Of a stretch of DNA of 64,000 nucleotides, positions 51,630-64,000 are shown piece after piece. Source of the stretch: Camelus ferus (taxonomy: Eukaryota); contig NC_045696.1 in the NCBI RefSeq assembly GCF_009834535.1, positions 109,060,001 through 109,124,000 of the forward strand, written 5' to 3'. The notes below the pieces were generated by a model. The model did no database searches and was not told the DNA's origin. It worked only from the letters and a program-made list of their open reading frames with translations. Numbering within the stretch: position 1 is the first letter of the stretch; every line of letters starts with the position of its first letter. The position numbers and the translations under genes are program-made.

Positions 51630-51755
51630 AATGAGCTTCCGGAACCTGAACAGGACAACGGCGGCACCACAGAATCTGTCAAAGAGCAAGAGATGAAGTG
51701 GACTGACCTGGCTTTACAGTACCTCCACGAGAACGTGCCGCCCATGGGAAACTGA
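51630..51755 (+). CDS. ANAPC13: ANAPC13 last coding exon: NELPEPEQDNGGTTESVKEQEMKWTDLALQYLHENVPPMGN* (74 aa total)
   Basis: Acceptor ccttttcag|, phase 0, TGA at 51753-51755. Contains the conserved Apc13 motif EMKWTDLAL. Confidence 0.97.
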   Translation, partial: NELPEPEQDNGGTTESVKEQEMKWTDLALQYLHENVPPMGN

Positions 51756-52008
51756 CGCCTGGCCGCCGTTCCTGGGCGGGTGGTTTTAAGTACACAGATA
51801 CAGAATGTTTTCCTTCAGTCTCCTAATTCACATCTTCTAGTGGTAGATCAACACTCAAAAATGTACATCCACTTACTTAGTGGCAGCAAAGTGGGATGTG
51901 AAAATTCTCACCAGGGTGAGAATCTGATTGAGAGTCTCAGAAATGCAGGGGGTTTGGCCCTTTGAACCTAAAGTTCTTTATTTACTAGTTTGTGTTTGAA
52001 CGTGAGTC

Positions 52009-52487
52009 ATTAAACATTTGCCTTTAACTCTGTGTTTGCTTTACTGTCAGAGTTTAACACTTCCCAACTACTTATATGTGTCCTGTGACACAGGTGGTTG
52101 AAGATACAAGATGGAAAGGCGAGGAAAGAGGAAGCCAGCCCTGGGGAAAGTAGCCCACTTCTCACGTAGCCCCGCCCTGAGTGGGTTGTGTGGAGTCTGT
52201 GGTTATAGTGGGTTTGTTGATAGCCCATTCACTGGTTACTGGGACTCCTAAGACCCCCCATGGTATTTTTCAAACTTTGGATAAATTTACTGATTGAACA
52301 GTATCTGACAGTTAACCTCTGTTCTCCCTACAACTTCCTTTGGTGCCATTGGAAAGGCGAGATGGACCACTAGTTTCATCCAGTAACAGGATTCCCTACT
52401 TTCTCAAAGCCCTTTCAGGTAATAACTGAAACACCATGGAGTCAGTATTTAGTTAGACGTTTGTATAAGAACTTGTATTTTAATAAA
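52009..52487 (+). terminator. ANAPC13: ANAPC13 candidate polyadenylation signals: ATTAAA 52009-52014, AATAAA 52482-52487
   Basis: Hexamers downstream of the stop codon, each followed by T/GT-rich sequence. Confidence 0.6.
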
Positions 52488-55400
52488 CACCTTGGTGGAC
52501 ATTTATCTCCTGGAATTGCTTGCCCCTGTGAAGTGGTGTCTTTCTTGTGGGAGAGTCAGGTAATTGAATCTGTGGGAAGAGGCCCTGGCTTTTATATCTG
52601 TATTCCCACTGGAAAATGAAACATCAAATAACTGAAATCTCTCTTTTCATAGTTTTTTCACTGGGTCATTTTGTTTATGTAGCTTTTAGGAGGAAGACGT
52701 ATACCACAAAGCAAATGAGCTGATTTTAGGGTTTCTGTCGGAAACTTGGTTGTGACAGCTCACCTGTAATCCAGACACACCCAGGCTGATCCTGTGCACC
52801 AGTGACTTGCCTAGAGGTCACTCATCTCAATAAAATCCCCAAGTCACCTGTCCTTCGATAACTGGAGAAAGACAACCCAGTAGAAAGCAGAATTAGGATT
52901 TTCAGAAGAAATATTTTATACCAAGGGAAAACAAAGCTTTCCAAAAACTTAAAGTACTTTGAATGCCACAGTTCTTCCCCATTCTAGTTAAGTGAGGGTT
53001 TTACTACAACTTTATTTGTGGTACGTAATACCTGAGACACTGAGAGCTAGTGGTTGTCCGTATGAATCCAGCCTGGCCTATGGGCCCAGCCTTTCCCAGG
53101 AATACTGGTCGACCAGTAAAACGTGAAAGCTGCCTAGGTTCCAGCTGAATGAGAGTGTGATACCTGTACGCAGACAGCTGTTCCCCTGCTTGGCTTGTGA
53201 GTCTCATCTGAGAACTGCCCCTCTGCCAAGTGATAAGGTGCCAGAACCATAGCCCATTGTATGAGGAATTAGGTGACCAACCCTGGGCCAGTCAGATTGT
53301 CGACGGCAGGCTTTGAATCTGCCCATCTCGGACTGGCTGGAAGATGACAGCGGCCATCATAGGGCGGCTTTTCAACCATATGTTCTGAAACACCCAAGGA
53401 GGAAAGTGCAGAGGGAGGCTGAGAGGCTGTGTCCCTGCGGCTTTGCAGTTGGCTGGTTGCTGCAACTTTCCAGTTCAAAGCATGAGGACTGCTCTCTTCT
53501 GGGGGGCGCATCACTCGGTGCTGGGAATACAGCTGTGGACCACAAGCGCGGCTTCTGCCTTCATTTAGGGAAACAAGCATTAAACCAATAGGTATACAAA
53601 TCTGTCAATTCAAATTGTAACACATGCGAGGAAGGAAAAATAAAAGACGTCACTTAGGTTCCTAAAAGCAAAGCCTGAGACAGTTTCTTGTGCAAGGAAC
53701 TTACTGAGACTGTGCTCTCAGGAGAAACCTGGAGGGAAGCAGAATAGGGCAGGGGAAGACATTGAACAAGGATCTAGCTTCAGCTGAAGTCTGGCCTCTG
53801 CCTGATTATCCGGGAGCTACAGAGCGTGATGTCATCAAGAAACTTCCCACTTTGAGGCAAGATGCTCAGGGTGTGGCGATCAGTCATTGGCTCTGCCTTC
53901 CCGCCATCCCCCAGGGAGGGCATAACCTGGTATTGCCGGGGGACAGGGCTCTCCAGAGGACAGAGCGAGGTGAACTCTAGGCAGCCACACAGCCAGGGAA
54001 CGGGTGCACAGGCAGACCGGACAAAGGGGGTCTGGGCCCAACGGTGACTACTGCAGGGTAGAGAGAGCATGACTCAGGGACCTGATTTAGATTGGATAAT
54101 CACAGCTTTTATACCTTGTGATAAATAGCTTTCAGAGCGCATAATTTCAAATATTTTTTTTCTGGATGGTTCCCATTCTCCAAGGAAGTAGCCGGGTTCT
54201 TAGTGCTTCCTGTTCACTGCAGAGAGCAGATGTTCAAAACAACCGTACCCCTTGTTCAGGGAGCAGGGGAGGGAGGGACAGGAGGAACCTCTTAGGAGTG
54301 GTGGAAGTCTGCACCCTAGTCGCTGGTGGTCCCAGTGAGATGGTGAACTTCAAAGGAATGTGGTTTTGGGGTGTTCTTAAATGAAACCTGAAGTCAACCT
54401 GAGTCTCCCAGCCTAAAGACCCCCAAGCACTAGGACCTCCTCCTTCAAGGACCCCTCAGAGTTGGTGGTGAAGATGGCAGCTGGGAGGCAGATGGACTGA
54501 AGAGTAGAGGTCCTCGCCCATTTTCCAGCTCATTTATGAGCATCCTAAATGCTTGTGAGACCCTGAAAGAGGAAAGGACACCCCAGCGACCACAGATTTA
54601 ATTTCTGCTGTAGCACAGCAGAATGGAGCCAGAAAGATTTAATTTGCTCTGAAGAAAATAAAAAAGCGCGATATTACTTGTACCCTTCTGGTTGTCTGGG
54701 AGCCAACCCCCGATGGATGCGTAAGTGTAGCCGGGGAGTGACTTGGGGGGTGAGGATTGATGGCAGAGAGCAAATTGCATAAAGCCCAGAGGTGGGACTA
54801 GCATCACAAGTAAGGTGGGTGGGTAGGCAGGAGGGGGGCGGGGGGAGCCGCCTGATCATATCTTTTTTTTAATGAAAGTCACTCCGGGTTTGAGCAGGTA
54901 AGAATAGAAGTGGAAAGACAGAAGAGCATTGCCTTAGCTTAAGTGAGGAATGGTGATGGCCTGAACCAGCAAGATGGAGGTGGAAGTAGAGGGACTTGGG
55001 GTATCTCACAGGTAATTGCCCAGACATGCATGGTGAGAGGTGAATGTCATGAAGCCAGGACCCCGGATGGTGGCGGTTGTGTTTCAAAAGAGACTCAGGT
55101 GCTCAGTGTGAGCACTGCCCTGTGACCAAAGAGCGAATTCTCTGAGCCAGACGGGTGCTCCAGATGCAGCCTCTGTCCTCTAGAAATAGAATCTGGTCCA
55201 GGAGCTGCCTATCCTTTGAAGCACAACCTAAACCCTCTTCTTAATAATACAGTAACAATGACACAGTTAACTGCACGCCTCTTTGGGCTTTAGCCCAAAA
55301 GTCAAAAGGAGGGGATGTCCAGCTCTTGAGTCCACTTTTTAAGGTGAGTGTTATTGTCCTTATTGAGCAGGAGATGGCGACTTAAAATTGAATAACTTGT

Positions 55401-58317
55401 TCCAAGTTAAAGTCACTCAGATAGTAAATGGATTCCAACCTAGGCTGTCTGATCCTAAAACCCATGTCCTCCTCCTGGACCATGTGACATCCCCTGAAAA
55501 AACCTTCTGGGACCACTCCATGCTATAGTAGGAAGACAATCCTATTGGATTACTTAGAACTTCCAATTATTTACCTCCTTTTATAATTGAGATAAAGAAC
55601 TGAAAAACTTTTTGTTAGGAACCTAGGAATCTTGAAGCATTAAAAACAAAACCCATATATAAACCTATAACCTATAACCAAACCCATATATAAATCATAT
55701 AACTCACAATTTTACCACCATGAGTCATATTTTCACTGGCCTGTATACAAAGTTAAATCCCCAAGGTGTGTTTTCAGATTTTTGATGCTTTCACAGCTCG
55801 ATGTCAATGTTACTTAGTACCCAGCAGGGGACGCTGGGTTCCTTTAAGAAAGTCTGAATTGCTGGCAGAACTTGAAGAAAACTCCAACTGAAGGTCCTGA
55901 ATAAATGTGGTGTTTTGCTTGGGACTGGTTCTGCATATCTGGAGTCCGTGTGCTGGGTCTGGGTTTGCGTGAATCCCTGGAATTCTGGCCGGTCACGCTT
56001 GGACTGGGCAGCTCACCTAGTGGGCGCCTCACCCCTGCTTTGTGGGGCGCCAAGAGGGCACATGGAAGGAAAGGGCTGTTCAGAACTTTGGTTACAGAAA
56101 GATAGTCAGAATCAGGATTTTTGCCCACCTGTGACCCCACCTCATAGTAGGGCCTGGGGACCCTACTGTGCTATTTCCCAGCTCTTTGTGTTAATTTCTT
56201 TGGAGAATTTAGGCAGCATCCTGGATTGACTCTTGAAAGACCATTTTCCAAAGCTTCCTTTCCTGATCTGGCCCTGCTTTACGCAGCCAAATTCAGTCCC
56301 ATTTCCTTGCCACGCTGTACCCCATCCGTGGGCTCCTCTGGAAAGTAGTGCGGAGGTTGGGGACTGGCAGAGAAAGGCAGCTGGGTGGTCTCTTGAGGGG
56401 ACATCACACTGTGGCCTTCCTGGCCCCAGATGATGGCCTCAGCCTCTGCACCTGAGCCAGCCAGGACTGGCTTCACGGGCACACAGCCTGTGCAATCTCA
56501 TAGGCCCCGCACACAGCAGGCTCTGCTGCGGCTGTCTTGAAACTCTTAATCACATTTGAACAAGCAGCTCCTGTTTTCATTTCATACTGGGGCTCATAAA
56601 TTAGTTAGCTGGTCCTTGGCTGTAGGGTTCCATGTTGGACGGTAACTAACTTGACCCAGCAAGTAGCCCTCACCTTGGGAGTGAGAACTCAAGATACTGT
56701 GAGCATCAGCCTTTGGGGTGACAGAAAAGCAGGCAGGTCCAAGAAAAGCAAGAAGAAAGATGGGACAGACGAAAATTCAGGCAGCCTGAACGGTATTCTG
56801 GTTCCTCCCAAAATCATGCAGTGTAATTGCCTAAATGGTTTCCTGAGCTCCTCCGTCATCCCAGCCACCCAAAGGTTAGCAGAGCTGCCCTTGGAGTAAG
56901 GGGTACGTAGACACACTGAAAGTGCAGCAAGAGATTCTGTGGATGGCTCAGAGAACTTGAAGAGAGGGGTCGTCCAGTCCTAGGCAGGCCCTGGCCTACA
57001 CTTCACCTGGAGCTTGGCCAACTACTACATGGATCTGCATTCTGCCATGCTGGGAACAGCAGTGCAGGTGGCTCAGAATCAAGCTTCGACTGGAGTAAAG
57101 ATAAGAGAAGCACAGCTACAGAGCTGGGAAGCATGGCCCACGTGTTCGTTCATGACAGGTTCTACCCAGGTTTTTGTTTAGTTTACCGTTCTGTGTTGAG
57201 TCCTATGAAAAAGCTGTTTTTATAGGTCAAAATAGTCAGAGAGTCACAATTTCCTCTGTTTTTGGCTAGTATTACCCTTTCCTAGAGCCAACTGTGTGCG
57301 AATATACCCAAAGACGCATCTGCATGCAATGCACACAGACTGGATTTGATGGGGGAGGCGAGGAGATGGCAAAGGGTGGAGAATTTGAAAACAGCCAAAT
57401 GACTGGAAAGGAAGTGAGGGAGGTTGATGTGTAAACCCATCCCAGTTATCCCACGCCTCCCCTAGTGACTCAGCTCCCCTCTACCATGCTGCCACAACCC
57501 AAGGGCAAAAGGGGTTTTCCTCCGCCCGTGCCACAGTCTTGCCTCGGCTCTCCTGGCATCTCTGCCCATGCTGCCTCCCCACCTGTCCTGTTAGTCTCGA
57601 GCACTTCCCCCGCCCCCACCGCCATGCTCACAGATCAGTGCTCACTCTAAGAGCATGCGTATAACTGGGCAGGACATCTTGAGGAAGAGCGAGCATCCCT
57701 GCCTCTTTGCCAGTGGATATGCCCTTCTATCCGTCATCCAGTCACACCCCACGCAGCCTCCCCCAGCTCAGCCTGGACAGATGGGAATGGGCCTGCCTGG
57801 TGAGGCCCTTCTCTCCAGCCCCATCTTCTTGGGTTTTGTGTTCCCGGCCGCTCTCCTCCTAGCTCTCAAACTTTCAACTCTCAGGGCTCTGTGGATGTTG
57901 GAAGATACTCCTTCCTCTCCTCTCACAGCTGCTGCTCACCCAGGGCTGCCCTCTGGGAGATTCAGTGCTCACAAGTCCAAGTTCCTAGCCCAGGAGTACA
58001 AGAGCAATGAGCCCCGGGCCGGGCTGGAGGGTCCCAGATGGACTGGCCTCATGACCGAAGTGGAAGTGCTGTGGCTCTGGCCCCATCTCCTCCCACTGAG
58101 AACTACCTGAGAAACTTACCCAGTTTCTTTTTTCTTTTAAACAATCAAGGAATCAGTCTTTCTCTGTCTACGTTCCTATTTCTCTTTCTTGCTGTTTTTT
58201 CTCCCTTTCTCTTATTCAAGCATTTACTTAAATATTTGTCTTTCTACATTAGATTTCTCTTTCTTCTTTCACATTGCAAATTCCTGTAAAGTAGAACACG
58301 CATCATGTTTGCATCTT

Positions 58318-58493
58318 TATTTATTAAATTTTTACTTTTTGGGGGGGGGATATGGGAGTAGGTAATTAGGTTTATTTATTTACTTTCTTTTTAAAACTTT
58401 TTATTTAGTTATTCTTAATGGAGGTACTGGGCATCGAACCCAGGGCCTCATGTATGCTAAGCAAGCACTCTACCACTGAGATATACCTTCCCC
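58318..58493 (-). mobile_element. Camelid SINE (vic-1 type)
   Basis: Reverse-complement head (gaacccagggcctcatgtatgctaagcaagcactctaccactgag) and ggtaattaggtttattt tail. Confidence 0.88.
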
Positions 58494-58564
58494 TTGTGTC
58501 TTGTTTTATTTTACATAATAGTTACTTATGTGAAATTACATGTAAGTAAAACGTATATAGGCTG

Positions 58565-58845
58565 CTGCAAAGTATAGTGGCTAAAATACAGGCTTGGGAG
58601 GCAGAAAGACCTAGGCTCAAAACCCAGCATAGAGAGGAAAAAAAAAAAGAAAAACCCAGCATAGCCCAATAGCTGTCCATCCCAGACAAGTTACTTACCT
58701 TCCTGAACCTCAATTTCTATGTTGGAAACAGCTGACAATACTGCTCACATGACAGGCTCATTGGAGGATCAAATGAGACCATGCAAGTAAAGTGCTGATA
58801 ACAGTTTCTGGCACATGGTAAGCACTTGGTGAATATTAGCTACTG
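58565..58845. mobile_element. MIR relic (others at approx. 11390, 26615, 41100, 48540, 51200, 55340, 58980)
   Basis: MIR core-like acaagttacttaccttcctgaacctcaatttc...ggaggatcaaatgag...aaagtgct. Confidence 0.7.
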
Positions 58846-59747
58846 TTTGTTTTCAATAAAATAAAATAAGCATTTCCCAAAAATTCTACACAGATACTCT
58901 GAAGTCAAGTCAAAGAATACTTTTATTATGTAAATAACCATTCCTAAATAATCCTCAGGGGTTATGTTACATAGTAGAAACAGCAGCACATTAGAAGGCA
59001 GAACATCTGGGTTCAAGTTCTAGCGCTATCATTTACCAGCTGTGTGACCAGGAGCCTGCCTGTCAACCTCTCTGAGCCTACAGTACAGAGTTGGGGAGTA
59101 AAATGAGTACAATGAATTCTGGACTGTTTTGTAGTTATAAAGAACTATATACACTTAAGTTAGACATCATAATTTACTTCATAAATTCACAGCTTATTCT
59201 TAAATTCCTATTTCATATAGCTCTTAACATGTGCTAATTTCAACATTATAAACATATATGTAGGCATATCTGTAAGCAAATGTACATAAACATGTTTTTG
59301 TAACTCTAGAAGGAAAGACAAAAAATGATTGGCAGTCATTGCCTCTTGTGACAAGATTAGACTATCCATGAAGGAAATGGTCACACCTTACTCTATCTCC
59401 TTCTGGAAAATGATCGTGTTGGGGTTATGGGTAATTAAAATAATAATGCAGATATTGTGAAACTCAGAATGGCATTGATTTAAAAAAAATTCCCAGGGCC
59501 TTTGAATAAAGATAGGGAATGTACCTTCAACCTTGGGTCAGCATCAATAACTTTCATCCTACTGACATTCAGCAGAGCACTAGCTTTGTGTAAAGCACTA
59601 TGGGAGATGCAAAAGTAGATTAGATGTGGGATTTTACCTGAGATTACAACATGTTAGATCAGATAAGACACTCATGCAAAGAATCAGAAGCTAAGAAGAA
59701 AGTAGTCAGTGTGCCTGGCGCACTGTAAGTGCTCTAAATACTTACTG

Positions 59748-59820
59748 GATTGATGGATACAGGGATAGATGGATGGAGGCATGGATGGATGGATGGATGC
59801 ACAGATGCATGGATGGATGG
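59748..59820 (+). repeat. Imperfect (GGAT)n microsatellite
   Basis: Seen directly. Confidence 0.85.
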
Positions 59821-60195
59821 AGATATAAAGATAATGCCATGGAAGAGAGTAATCACAAGAGGAAGAAATCTAGAGATGAGGGAATTTAGAAAAGCTTTGT
59901 AGTAAAGATAGCCTTTGAAAGACTGGCTAGATGTGGCCATCTAGATATTAGAAGGGGAGCTGAGAAGTTCCCTTAGTAATGATATCCTGTCATTTCTGAT
60001 TCAATCCCAGTTTTTCCTTCCCTCTCTCACTGCCTTCCACCTAAGACGCAGAGCTGCTCTTAGTTTGGAAACGTGGGAAATTTGAGTTGTTACAGTGACT
60101 GGGATTAGGGGGAGAGGAGGTGTCAGAGATTACTGCTGCATTTAGTGGTATGTGAACAGCCAGAGCTGTTATATACTGCAGTAGAGAATTGTCCT

Positions 60196-60580
60196 GTGGG
60201 GGCTACAGCTCAGTGGTAGAGTGCCTGCTTAGCACACACTAGGTCCTGGGTTCAATCCCTAGTATCTCCATTAACAACAACAACAAATGCAAGCATATTT
60301 ACTAGAAAACAAACTTGTGGTTACCAGGGAAGGGGTGGGGGAGGGCAAGGGGTGGGAAGGGATAAACTGGGAGTTTGAGATCTGCAGATACTAATGACTA
60401 CATATGAGATAGATAAACAAGTTTATACTGCATAGCACAGGGAATTATATTCAATATCTTGTTGTAACCTATAAGGAAAAAGAACATGAAAAGGAATATA
60501 TGTATGTACATGTATGACTGAAACATTATGCTGTACACCAGAAATTGACACATTGTAAACTGACTATACTTCAATAAAAA
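60196..60580 (+). mobile_element. SINE head fused to an L1 3' end (chimeric retrocopy)
   Basis: SINE at ~60196-60300, then L1 3'UTR at ~60303-60580. One TSD pair agaattgtcct (60185-60195) / agaattgttct (60581-60591). Confidence 0.78.
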
Positions 60581-62228
60581 AGAATTGTTCTATCTAAAAG
60601 ATTGATGGTGACTACACTCAGAAACACCAGTAGGTGAGAGAAGCATCATAAACAGATTATTACAATGTCATAAAGAAAGTGCTGACATAGATATATGCAC
60701 ATGTTTTCTGCTTTTGTCAGCCAAGTCAAATATTTTGACCTCCCTTCTAGGCAATGGAGAAAGGAAGAAAGATTAGAAAGGCCCATGGTGGATGTTGAGC
60801 AGACAAAGGGCTAGTCAACAGAGATTAAACCTAGGTCTTCAAGAAAAGGGGATCCAATCAAGGGCTTTGATTAAGGGAAATAACCTTGTCCTATCTCTGC
60901 TTTAGGAAATGCCAAACCCCTATTTTAAAGAGAATGAAAATGTGAAGTGATAACAAGTTAATTTTTTGTAAGCTTTACCCTGGTTCTGCATCAGAAAAAG
61001 CTAAGCAGTCATTCTATATTTTTAAAACTTCTGCAACTTTAAAGTATAATAAAGTAAATTCATTCAACAAATTATGCTGGGACAATTGGTTTTCCATTTG
61101 GGAAATTAGATCCCTACCTCACACTACATATTTGAGATGGTTTAAAGAATTAGACATAAAAATTTTTTAAAGATGTTAGGAGAAAATGTAGTTAAATACT
61201 TCAGAAACCTTGAGATAGGAGAGGCCTTCTGAAAGCTACAACACTTAGGAACCAGAAAGCATAAAAATAGATAAATTCAAGATTTCTACATGATGAAGGA
61301 CATAATGCTTAAAGAATAGAAGTTGGTCATAATATATATAACAAAGATTATTTTCCAGATAACCCGGAAAGCTTCTATAAGTTAATAAGAAAAAGTAACC
61401 CAAAGAGAAAAATAGGCAATATGTGTAATCAGACAAGTTAACAGGACAAAAAGATAAGAAACATCATGGCAGATTTTTCAGATTGATTCACGCAGCTCCA
61501 TGCCTACCACTTTGTAGCTTGGATTGACACATACTAGAGACTGAAAAGCTACGTGTATAATTTCCAGGCTTTCTTAGAGTTGAGCTTCACATGTGACCTG
61601 GCTTCCCCTGGGCAGATGTACCCTCAAGAGATCTACTGTCTCTGCTGGCATGTAGAGTTGGGGGTGGGGGGGCGCGGTCCTTATTTTTCATGTTTGGCTT
61701 GGTTTGTTTTTTTCCCTTCATCAACATAGCAGAGATCTCACTGTCTAGATGCAGTTTCTAGCTTCACGGCTGCTGTAGACAGGGTCTGGGGCATTCATTA
61801 TGCAGCTGACGCAGTGTGGGCCTGGAGACCAGGTGTGGCTGAGGTTTCCTGGTTTCCAGATTATCGAGTCAGCACTTGGGGCACAGCTTCCCCAACCTCC
61901 AGTTTCCTGGTCATGGCAGAAGGGGAGACTCCTTTGCTGGGTCCGTTCTGAGCTAGAGTTCTGGGAGTCAGTCCAAGAAGCCCAACCTAGAACCTGTTCT
62001 CCCACCTAATCTGATAAAATTGTAAGCAACTAATCCCTTATTTATTCACGTAGTTCCCCTACCCACTTTCTACCGATCTTTCTACATAAACTAACTAGAG
62101 TGGTTTCCATCATCTGTAGCTGAACTCTGGTACAATGATCAACATTACAAATAATCAAAGAAATGCAAATTAAACCAACAATGACATCATTTCTCATTCA
62201 TCAGAATGCAAACATTTATAAAGATTGA

Positions 62229-62457
62229 AGACTGAGGGGTGGAAAGGGACAGACCGGGATTTCAAAATGCAGAATAGATAAACAAGATTATACTGTATAG
62301 CACAGGGAAACATATACAAGATCTTGTGGTAGCTCACAGCGAAAAAGAAATGTGACAATGAATGTATGTTCATGTATAACTGAAAAATTGTGCTCTACAC
62401 TGGAATTTGACACAACATTGTAAAATGACTATTACTCAATAAAAGATGTTAAAAAAA
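62229..62457 (+). mobile_element. Young-looking 5'-truncated L1 3' end nested in an ancient L1 (~62130-63130)
   Basis: Clean AATAAA and poly(A) tail. TSD aaagattga at 62220-62228 and 62458-62466. Confidence 0.85.
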
Positions 62458-64000
62458 AAAGATTGATTGATAAAATTCAATGTTGGTGAGGGTGAGGGCA
62501 AGTGGGCATCTCTGGGGGGATGTGTACATTGGAGCAGCCATTTTGAAAAGCAGTTTGATAGTATTTATCCAAATGTGAAATAGGCGTCACATCCAACCCA
62601 GCCTTTGACCTCTACACATCTGTCAAAGAGAAATACTAATATAAAAAATACTACATACCACTAAAACATCTCCCATGTATATTAATTGCCTCATTGTGAG
62701 TAATGGAAAAATAATAATAAGTATCTGAAATGTCCATCAAAAGGGAAAAGTTACGGAAATTACTGTATGACCATTCTTTGAAATACTCCACAGTAAAGAA
62801 GGAGGCAGAGCTCCAAGTACTAATATGGAAAGATCTCAGGCAGCTTTGCAAGTGAAGAACAAATTGCAAAAAAAGCGTGTATAGTATGATCCCATTTACG
62901 TTTAAAAATGCATATAACAAAAGTATATGTTCCTATGTAAACATACTTAAGTCTGCAAAAAATCAGACGAAAGTCAGGAAGGACGCAAACCAAGCTTCCC
63001 TGCAGGGTGAGGGGGATGGGCTGAGTAGGGACCAGTCCAGGGCTTTCATTTCTACTCTAATCTTCTGTCTTATTTGAGTGTTTGAATATTTTACAATAAG
63101 AATGTACTCATAAAATTTGTAATACCTAAATTAAAAGGTTAGAAAACACTACAGCAGCAAGATTCAAACTTTCAGATGCCCAGATATTTCACATAAAGAT
63201 TGATGGATTGATCTATCATCTATCCATCCATCCAGAAAGAGAGAGAAAGAAAGAGAGAAAGCAAATACGACGAAATGTAACAGTTGTTGAATCTAGGTGG
63301 AAGGCTATGGGTATTCATCATACTAATCTTTCAACGTTTCTGTATTTTTCAAATTTTTTTCATAATATAAAGTTGGAAATAAAAACACATCAAATACACA
63401 TCCTTGGACACACACACACTTTTCCTGCGCAAGCAGATTTTTCCAGATGTGGGAGCAAAGCCTGTGGCTTGCTCAGCTGCAATTATAGCCAAAAAGCATT
63501 GGCAATCCTTCCCTCTGGCTTCTTAGAGCCAGTGTGTCTCACTCTTGTGGCCAGTGTCTTGAGTAGCCTGGAGAGGCCTCGGTGCACACTATCTGGGGTG
63601 ATCAGCTGCCCCCTCCCCAGTCACTCTGCAGGCACAGTCTGGTCCTGGGCTTACTGGGGAGCAGGCACCTGGCAAGGTCTCCTGCAGAGGCAGAGAGCCC
63701 ATGGCCAAGGGCACCTTTAACATCAAATATGCCTCACCCCAGGTGCCTATTTATGGTAGCCCCATGAAGGGCAGAGCTGGTCACTGGCAAGAAGAGGGTT
63801 CGGGGTGGGGGGGGCTCCTTCATGACCACAGGACCCTTCCTTCAGTCCTCCACCTGGTGTTTATTTTCGAGATAGCAATGTGAGGAGAATGGGAAAAAAA
63901 GGAATTGCCAAAAAAAAAAAAAAAAAAGGAACTGGAATTTTAATGAGAACCATCTGGAGTGTTTGCCAAGGGTGTAATGTTTGACTGAAGAAGTAATTCC

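Noticed and set aside
55649..55694. aaacccatatataaa duplicated around (cctataa)2
   Set aside because: Simple slippage-type duplication with no array periodicity.
57655..58110. 151-aa ORF in intergenic DNA
   Set aside because: No recognisable homology, exon structure or promoter. It cannot be supported without expression data.
63208..63720. 170-aa ORF
   Set aside because: Non-ATG start, begins in simple repeat and old L1 3' sequence, and has no recognisable domain.
1..64000. CRISPR arrays, prokaryotic operons, rRNA, snoRNA or miRNA genes
   Set aside because: The DNA is eukaryotic and intron-rich. I saw no repeat-spacer array or recognisable structured RNA gene, though an Infernal/Rfam scan would be needed to exclude small ncRNAs.

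Overview
This is mammalian genomic DNA, most likely camelid, inferred from repeated tRNA-derived SINEs of the camelid vic-1 type and artiodactyl-type L1s. It holds most of CEP63 on the - strand: coding exons 2, 3 and 7-14 all have canonical GT-AG sites and consistent phases, and the last exon lies left of the window. CEP63 is head-to-head with the complete 74-aa ANAPC13 gene on the + strand, and the two share a CpG-island bidirectional promoter at ~45.6-46.8 kb. CEP63 exons 4-6 (numbering from my recall of the human gene) are not visible; they most plausibly sit in the 100-N assembly gap at 26510-26609. The rest is intronic or intergenic sequence dominated by L1s, SINEs, Tigger/MER3 DNA transposons, an MLT LTR and MIR/L2 relics. 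I see no novel protein-coding system. The most unusual items are retroposition products: a ~3-kb TSD-flanked composite with L1 5'UTR+ORF1 but no intact ORF2, a retroposed tRNA-Ile(TAT) 5' exon, a SINE-L1 chimera with a single TSD pair, an L1 lacking both EN and RT, and a solo poly(A) insertion. Repeat family names are from recall of consensus sequences, and repeat boundaries are approximate unless TSDs are given.
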